Positions 56,092 through 64,000 of a DNA stretch of 64,000 nucleotides are shown one piece after another (position 1 is the first letter of the stretch; every line of letters starts with the position of its first letter). The stretch is from Octopus vulgaris. Taxonomy: Eukaryota. Below the pieces are notes generated by a model. That model searched no databases. It saw only the letters and a program-made list of their open reading frames with translations, and had not been told where the DNA came from. Both the position numbers and the translations under genes were made by a program. The stretch lies in assembly GCA_951406725.2 (NCBI GenBank), contig OX597819.1, positions 77,376,001 through 77,440,000 on the forward strand. The letters run 5' to 3'.

Positions 56092-56330
56092 TGGCACAAG
56101 GCCAGCAATTTCCGGGACTGGGGTGAGTTAAATGACTACATCGACCCCAGAGCTCAACTGGCACTTAATTTATCGACGTAGAAAGGATGAAAGGCAAAGT
56201 CGACCACGTGGTCTACTTTGTCTTTCGTTCTTTCAAGATTGATGAAATATATACCAGTTGAACACTAGGGTCAATGTAATCGACTAGCCCCTTTTTCTCA
56301 AACCACAGGCCTTGTGACTATAGTAGAAAA
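56092..56330. mobile_element. Two SINE family B fragments joined in inverted orientation
   Basis: GGCAAAGTCGAC-CACGTG-GTCTACTTTGTC palindromic junction near 56205. Confidence 0.6.
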
Positions 56331-57952
56331 GTTTCTCCATGAAAACTCCCTGACAAGCACAAAGCTCTTGTTTTTCCTAACCTGATGTCTCACAAAAGCA
56401 ATAGCAATATTATCTTTGTATTTCAAAACATCAGATTAAGACTAGTTACATTATCAGAAACTACAGACACTATAGAGTGAATAATGATTTTATGGTTTTG
56501 ACCAGGCACAAGATGATAAATTTTGGTATGGAGGAAAGGAGATTGTCTGATGTCCATGTCTTTCTCGGTGACATTAGAAGCATAATAAAAGTGAATTGAC
56601 TTCAAGCGGGATTCGAAAGCAACTCGCATATTTAAATCGTTTGGAGCTATACTACTTGTTGCTTCTATGGCGTTCGCTTCTACAACGTGAATAATACTGT
56701 TTTCTTGGAACATGTTATCTCTGAGAACAAAATGCTGGATAATGCATATAATCAGACTAGTGATATCAAACGTCTCCAAGGCTTTTTACCCTCCTATCAG
56801 ACAACAAATACAAAGATCGGTTGAAGGATAACGTGAATTGTTGATCAGGGCATCGAAATATAGTGGTGTCTCAAAAAGCCAATTCATCATAGATTTATTC
56901 TAGAAATAAGATCGAGTGATTTGAAAAAGAAGTAAAATAAAAAAAAATATCAACTGGTATCAACTTGTCAATGATTTCTGCATATTCCTCTAAATGGAAT
57001 GGCTAAAAGAACATTATATTTACATAATACCAAATGTTTCTGTTCAACAGTCAGATATTAAATAGATATAATGTGATCTTGTCAAGGACGGTGTCATATG
57101 TTAAAACAGGATATATCATGATATAAAATGGTACGATGTTGTTTTGGGATACACAGATAATCTAGTTGATATTATGCTGGACTAGAAGCATCATGGATCG
57201 ATGGTTCGTATCCAGTCAACGACCTTGGTGTTGTTGCTGTTGTTATAACCAATGGACCTGACACGACGCATCTCTTACTCAACCCACATGACAGTAAGAA
57301 GGTTGTATATTATATTGTTTAATCTCATACAATCCCTATTCAAGAAGATCTATGACAAAAGGCATTCCAACCATGATCACACCGCTTTTTTTTTTTCAAC
57401 CATAGTATGTCTAGAATTACAGTATATAATTTTACGGTTTTTCTATTTTCTTTTTACATAATTTAATCAGTGGAAGGGGGTCAGACTCTGTGACCTATTT
57501 CAAAGCCTCCTACACCGCTGCTTCGTCGTGACATCACATCACTCTTCTAGTTTCACATTTATTCTTCTATCTCAGGAGTGACGAACGTTTGGGGGAAAAT
57601 CGGACTGCAAATATTATTATGACTTTCGAACCAAGGTGAATAAAAATGATATATTATAGATGTTTACGGCATCAAAACTTATTGTTTTGTTCCACTTATA
57701 TTTTATAATTTGTAAACTTTTCGATATTGACTTCGCATGTGTCTTTCGCACATGTTTAACCGAGACGTTGTGCATGGGAGAAACTTTGCTTTGTATGGCA
57801 GTAAAATTTCGTTTTTGCGATTATTTTCGGGAAAAGGCCGCTTCCTTCAAGTCTTCCACGGGTTTCTTTATCCCATTCCACCGATGTTATTAGATTAGGT
57901 TTGTTTTTGAATGGAAAGCCCGGTGTAGCACATCCATGTTGTTATTCAACCC

Positions 57953-58500
57953 TGATGCAGCACAAGGCAGTGGCTTTCATGGCTTCTGATCTTTACTGAT
58001 TGGAAGTGCTGTCATGTACATTGTTTTGTCTTGGTATAAACGATGAGTTACAGTAAATATACTGCTCAGAACCACAGATTTGCTTGTCCATTGTTTGATC
58101 TTAACCAGTTGAGCATGTCCCTTGGTGACTGACGATATATGCATCTTTGATCACGAGCAGAAGTAGTGGGGGAACATCATAGCCATTTGTTGAGAGGAAT
58201 TCTTTGGGGTTTGAATAATTCACCTCTGGAAACATAAGTGTTTAGTTCATCATCCTTAAACAAACCTCATTCAGGAGCCTTTTGAGCAGGATGGGCTACT
58301 CAACCTGAAGAAAATTATAACTGGGCCCCATCTCTAAGCTCATGCGTTGTTTATCTTAATATAAGATCACCTTGTCACGTACATATGGTTGTGATGCATG
58401 TGCCTAGTGTACCCTTATTAGAGGGGTAGTCATGATGGGTATACTGGGCTTCGTATATTTTGCCCCAGTGTCACTTTGATCGCATGCACTGTTCTCTCAT
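57953..58500 (-). mobile_element. Unclassified interspersed repeat abutting (TAA)n (possible LINE 5' UTR)
   Basis: GC-richer non-coding block ending sharply at a TAA tract. Classification is inference only. Confidence 0.35.
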
Positions 58501-58519
58501 TCAATAATAATAATGATAA

Positions 58520-58840
58520 TATTAATCCTTTCTACAAAAGGTACGAGAAATTCTAGGGGAGGGGACTAGTCGATTACATCGACCCCAGCGTTTCTCTAGT
58601 ACTTATTTCATCGACCCCGAAAGTATGACAAGTGAAGTTGACCTCGACAATGATGATAATTTCAAATTTGCACAAGGCCAGTAATTTCGGGGAAGGAGTT
58701 AAGTTGATTACATTGACCCCGAAATGATAAAAGGCACAGTCAACCTCGGGGGAATTTGAACTCCTAACGTAATGACGGGCGAAATGCCGCTAAGCATTTT
58801 TGTCCGGTGTACCACTGAGTCTGCAAGCTCGCGGCCTTGA
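58520..58840 (-). mobile_element. SINE family B fragments (two)
   Basis: GATTACATCGACCCC...CGACCCCGAAA, GGAATTTGAACTC. Confidence 0.7.
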
Positions 58841-59573
58841 AACTTAGCATAATAATGGCTGCAAATTTATCTAAGTTAATAATAACATGGTTTAGCAAAT
58901 TTACCATTACAATATGTTTTGAGATTTTTGGTCATCATAAAGATATTTTTTGTTATTTAAATTGCGCATTATTGCTGTTATGAAAATATTTCATCAGGCA
59001 AAATACAATGAGGTCCATGATTCTATGACACGGCTGGTAAAAAGCAAAAAATTTTAAAAATAAGAACTAGAAATGTTCTCACGTCAATGGACGTACTAAT
59101 TTGTAATTGCGAACATACCGAAAGTGCATGTTATTTAACAAAATAAAACAATGAAGATGGAAAAAGAAAAGGCGACTTTGCTATGTAACATTTTACGCAC
59201 GAACGTTAAGTCATTTACAATATGTTCTGTTTCCAGTGGCAGTCATTTTATTATCCCTAATCGTTGCTTTTGAGATTTTTGAAACCAGGAAGGCATTTAT
59301 TAAAACGTTTAAGGATTCTTTCAGTTTACTCTAAGGCAGAAAATCGACAGAACAGCATTTCTCTTCTTTTACTTGTTTCAATCATTGGACTACGGCCATA
59401 TTGAGGCATTAGCTCAAAGAATTTTAGTTGGACCAATCGACCTCGGTTTTTTTTTATTTCTTTTAATTTTTTTAAGTAGAGTACTTATTCGAACGACCTC
59501 TTATGCCGAGCCCATAAGTTACGAAGACGTAAACAAACCAACACCAGTTGTCATACGCTGATGTAGCGCAAAT

Positions 59574-59606
<33 letters not shown>

Positions 59607-59819
59607 TTCTTTATTCTTTTATTCTTTTACTTGTTTCAGACATTTGACTGCAGCCATGTTGGAGCACCGCCTTGAAGGGTTTTCGTCGAACAAATCGACT
59701 CCGGGACTTATTTTTTAAGTTTAGTAATGGGATGGGGGACAAACAGACAAAAAGACATGCCCATATAAATATATACATTATATATCTCTATATAAAGCAT
59801 ATGCGGCGGCGGCGGAGGC

Positions 59820-59830
59820 AGTGGTGGTGG

Positions 59831-59861
<31 letters not shown>

Positions 59862-59998
59862 GCTGGTGCTGGTGGTGCTGGTGGTGGTGCTGGTGGTGCT
59901 GGTGGTGGTGCTGGTGGTGGTGCTGGTGGTGCTGGTGGTGCTGGTGGTGCTGGTGGTGGTGCTGGTGGTGGTGCTGGTGGTGCTGGTGGTGGTGGTGG

Positions 59999-60029
<31 letters not shown>

Positions 60030-60070
60030 GGTGGTGGTGGTGCTGGTGCTGGTGGTGCTGGTGCTGGTGG

Positions 60071-60101
<31 letters not shown>

Positions 60102-60475
60102 GGTGCTGGTGTTGGTGGTGGTGCTGGTGATGGTCGTCGGTGTCGACGCCGCCACCGTCATCATAGTCGTCGTCAGCGTCGCAGTCGTCATCGTGGTAGT
60201 CGTTGTAATGATAACAGTAACTGTGATAGTAGTGGTGGTAGTGGTGGTAGTGGGTACTGTGATACATACAGCCACGAAAGGTATTAGCTTGTTGGCTGCA
60301 GCGGTAGCGGTGATGTTCCTACTGCTGATGCTGATGGTACTGGTGGTGCTGCTGCTGATGCTGGTGGTGCTGCTGCTGGTGGCGGTGCTGGTGGCGGTGC
60401 TGGTGGTGGCGGTGCTGGTGGTGCTGGTGCTGGTGCTGGTGATGGTACTGGTAGTGCTGGTAGTGCTGCTGCTGT

Positions 60476-60542
<67 letters not shown>

Positions 60543-60670
60543 GGTGGTGGTGATGATGATGACGACGACGACGATGATGACGATGGTGGTGACGATAAAG
60601 ATGATGATTATGATGATGATGATGATGATGTTTGTAGTGGTGGTGGTGGTGGTGGCGGTGGTCGTCGTGG
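59820..60670. repeat. Compound (GGT/GCT/GAT)n trinucleotide array
   Basis: Direct reading. Confidence 0.95.
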
Positions 60671-61210
60671 TATTCGTCGATGTTGTGAATGAGGTTGCGG
60701 AGGTTTTAAACGTAGTACCGAAAACAGTTGTAAGAGGCAATGGTGCAAAAGAGAGCAATGAAGTAATGACCAGCATGCTGTTCCACACATCTAACGCAAT
60801 TTAAATTAGTGTACACACACACACACACACACACATTCATACATACATGCAAACCTAATCAAATGCATACACACTTACCTACATACATCCATGCATACGT
60901 ACGCACATGCATATATGTGTATGTAAACACTAATTAAACAATATATATAGAATATGCATATATATATGGCAGACATAGATTTAAGTGCATAGTGCATATG
61001 TGTGTGTATATAGCAATCATGTACCTTTGCTTATGTGTGTGTGAGTGTGCACGCACACACACCTCACACACACATGTATATGTGCACATGCGTAACTGAT
61101 TAATGCATGACTAAGTAAGCAGATGTGTACAATTGTGTGTACAGTTTCGAATTCGGATATACATGCATATATTAAATTCATATGCATGTGTATACACACA
61201 CACACACACT

Positions 61211-61257
<47 letters not shown>

Positions 61258-61386
61258 GTACATATATATATGCATATACGCGTATATGTGTATGTGTGTA
61301 CGAATGTATGTATATATGTTTATGTGCATATATATATGTATATATAGAGAGATTTATATTTATATATATATATATATATATATACA

Positions 61387-61464
<78 letters not shown>

Positions 61465-61857
61465 TATATATATATATACACACATACACACATACACACA
61501 CGTATGTGTATGTGCGTGTGAGTGTGAATGAAAGTGTATGTGTAATTCTATAAGTATGTGTATGTATGTATGTATGTATGTATGTATGTATGTATGTATG
61601 TATGTATGTATAAACCGTTAAAATTATATGAATTATGCATTGAAAGACTGTATAGGATATAATCGGGAAAATTAAACGGACGTTCTCCAATGTATAATGG
61701 ATGAGACGTCACCATCTAGCTGATTGGCTGATTGGCTATCGATTTTAACATTGGTGGAAGGTGTCGTTGGTAGTGATGGTCGTGGCAGTGACAGATAAAA
61801 GTCTGTTATATTCTCTAAGACTGTGTATGCTTGGCACAGACCAGGTCACTAATAAGT

Positions 61858-61905
<48 letters not shown>

Positions 61906-62307
61906 TTGTGTATTTGTGTATGTATTGTTGTTTTGCCTATATGTGTATGCATTTGGACGTTTAGTGTTGTCTGTGAATGTGTGTGTGTATATGTATGCAT
62001 GTCTTATTGTTCCTTTCGTGTGTTTGTGTGCATGTTGTTTGTATCTGTGTGTATTGTATTAGTGCATGTCCGAATCTGTTTGAGCGCGTGTTGTGTTGTT
62101 TGTGTGCATGTTCTTTGTTTATATGTTGTTGCACGTGTGTGTGTGTGTACGTTGTTTACCTGTTGCATGTGTCGTTTGTATGTTGTTGTATGTGTATGTA
62201 TTCTGTGTTTGAGTGTCGGTTGCGTTTTATTAGTGTGTGGACAGTACAATTGTAATCGTATGTATGTGTTATATTTTGTTCGTCCGTAATTTACTTATAT
62301 ATATATA

Positions 62308-62955
62308 CACAGACATGTAAGAAGTAAATAGACACCCTTATAATCATTAAAATTTATCTAAATCTGAAATTATACATTTAAATTATTTGTGAGTTGTTAT
62401 AATGCGAACATTCAATATTTAGTAAACATGCTCTTTGCATTTTTCAGGCATGTTACTGATCAGACGGTGAATATTCCCTTGCAGAATTTCTTGCGAAGTT
62501 CCATGCAATAATCTCAAAAGCTCTTGCTTTGAAGATGCTTCCTTGTTCTGTTTATAAAATGTCCTGTCCATTATGCCCCAAAGGTGTTCTATAGGGTTCA
62601 TATCTGGTGACTGGCTTGGCTATGGAAGCTTTCTAATGTCATTCTTTTCCAACAAATATTGGGTCATTTTAACCGCGTGACAAGGAATCCCATCTTCCAT
62701 AAATAGAGAGTCTTCTTTAATCATTTCACTACTGGAGAAGTTTGGACTTATGGACATATATTTATTTGAGTTTATCTTTCCCTTACACTCCACCAGCTCT
62801 GATCAACCATTGCTCCAAATTGTTCTCTAGACCATCACAGAATAGCTGCTCAAATTCTTGATCACAGAGTTTCCAAAACTCACACTCAACCACTGTTAGG
62901 AAATACAGCAAATCTGGACTCATCAGAGAATATGACAGTCTTCCAAATTGCTAAT
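62308..62955 (-). pseudogene. Tc1 (DD34E) transposase remnant with right end
   Basis: WKTVIFSDESRF, FMEDGIPCH, PSQSPDMNPIEHLW. Confidence 0.85.
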
Positions 62956-63400
62956 TGCCTCTCCTCTATCTCACTGGCCACATCTTTTCTCCGTTTCCTA
63001 TTGGCTGGTCAAAGATGTGGCTTCCTTCTTCCTGCTCTGCCATAGTAACCAAATTTGTAGAGATACCTGACAACTGCTCTGGGACTGACATCAATTTGCT
63101 CTACTATGTCGGCGGCAGTGGTGGTGGCATAATTATGTTTCATTTTTGCAAATCTTAGATAATTAAATTTTAAACTGTCCAGACATTTCAGTTAGAAAGT
63201 GTTCAACAAGTCGACAAAGGCTCCGTGCTGTTTCCTCTACTGTACCTTACACAGACAAGACTTGCCTCAAAATCCTTGTGTTGTCCTCTGTATGATCTAT
63301 AACCTTGCATAAATTCTGATTTTATTTACAGACCTCGAAACTGTCCGATATGCATCCCAATGCTCCGATTCCCACTGGAATCACTAAAACCACCACCACC

Positions 63401-63434
<34 letters not shown>

Positions 63435-63488
63435 TCATCATTATTATTATTATTATCATTATTATTATTATTATCATTATTATTATTA

Positions 63489-63560
<72 letters not shown>

Positions 63561-63565
<5 letters not shown>

Positions 63566-64000
63566 TAGTTTTATTTTTATAGCGTGCTTTCACTTCACTA
63601 CCGAGCGCAGCTCTGTGTGCCTTGGGTATGTGCTGTGATTTGTTGTGATGCTCTGATGGTTATTGTATGGAAAGTATTCTGCGTATGATGTGTGCAGTGC
63701 CTAGTAGTGCAATTTTCTGTATGTTATATGTGTTTGTAAGTCCTGGTGTTTTCGTTATGTATTTGTCTGAATATTTTTTATCATGCCTAATGCACCTACT
63801 ATGATAGGAATTGTTTCTGCTCTTAGATTCCACATTCTAGTTACCTCTATTTCCAGGTTTTTGTATTTTGAAAGTTTCTCTATTTCTTTTAGAGACACGT
63901 TGTCATCTGCTGGTATTGATACATCAATTAGAAAGCATTTTTTCTTCATGATCTCTGACAACTATATCTGGTCTGTTGGCCTTGATTTTTCTATCTGTGT
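63561..64000 (-). mobile_element. Dong/R4-type LINE 3' end inserted in (TAA)n
   Basis: RPDIVV..KCFLIDVSIPADDNVSLKEIEKLSKYKNL..IPIIVGALG RLE. 3' UTR runs into the (TAA)n array at 63441-63560. Confidence 0.88.

Noticed and set aside
59778-60804. 336-aa Thr-rich mucin-like ORF (and 327-aa antisense ORF)
   Set aside because: Several frames on both strands are open because of trinucleotide arrays, and poly-Ile runs are implausible. The signal-peptide-like start is not enough support.

Overview
Eukaryotic, AT-rich, repeat-saturated non-genic or intronic DNA. The microsatellite load and repeat families look like an octopod cephalopod genome (inferred from pattern recognition, no search run). No host gene can be confidently called, and most ORF-track entries are microsatellite artefacts. 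Identifiable content: one young 5'-truncated CR1-type LINE with an open EN+RT frame; R4/Dong-type RLE LINE fragments; two tandem Tx1/L1-like ORF1-only elements; Tc1/mariner, pogo/Tigger and hAT remnants; several Helitrons, including a head-to-tail dimer; three tRNA-derived SINE families; and a Penelope GIY-YIG remnant. The most notable signal is about ten type I hammerhead-ribozyme-like motifs (CUGANGA-stem II-GAAA-short or palindromic stem III-NUH) in unrelated small repeats. These include a foldback element with a hammerhead in each arm, and a Tx1-like element that appears to have inserted twice at the same base in a hammerhead stem I. All folds and alignments were read by eye, and element boundaries are approximate unless termini are quoted.
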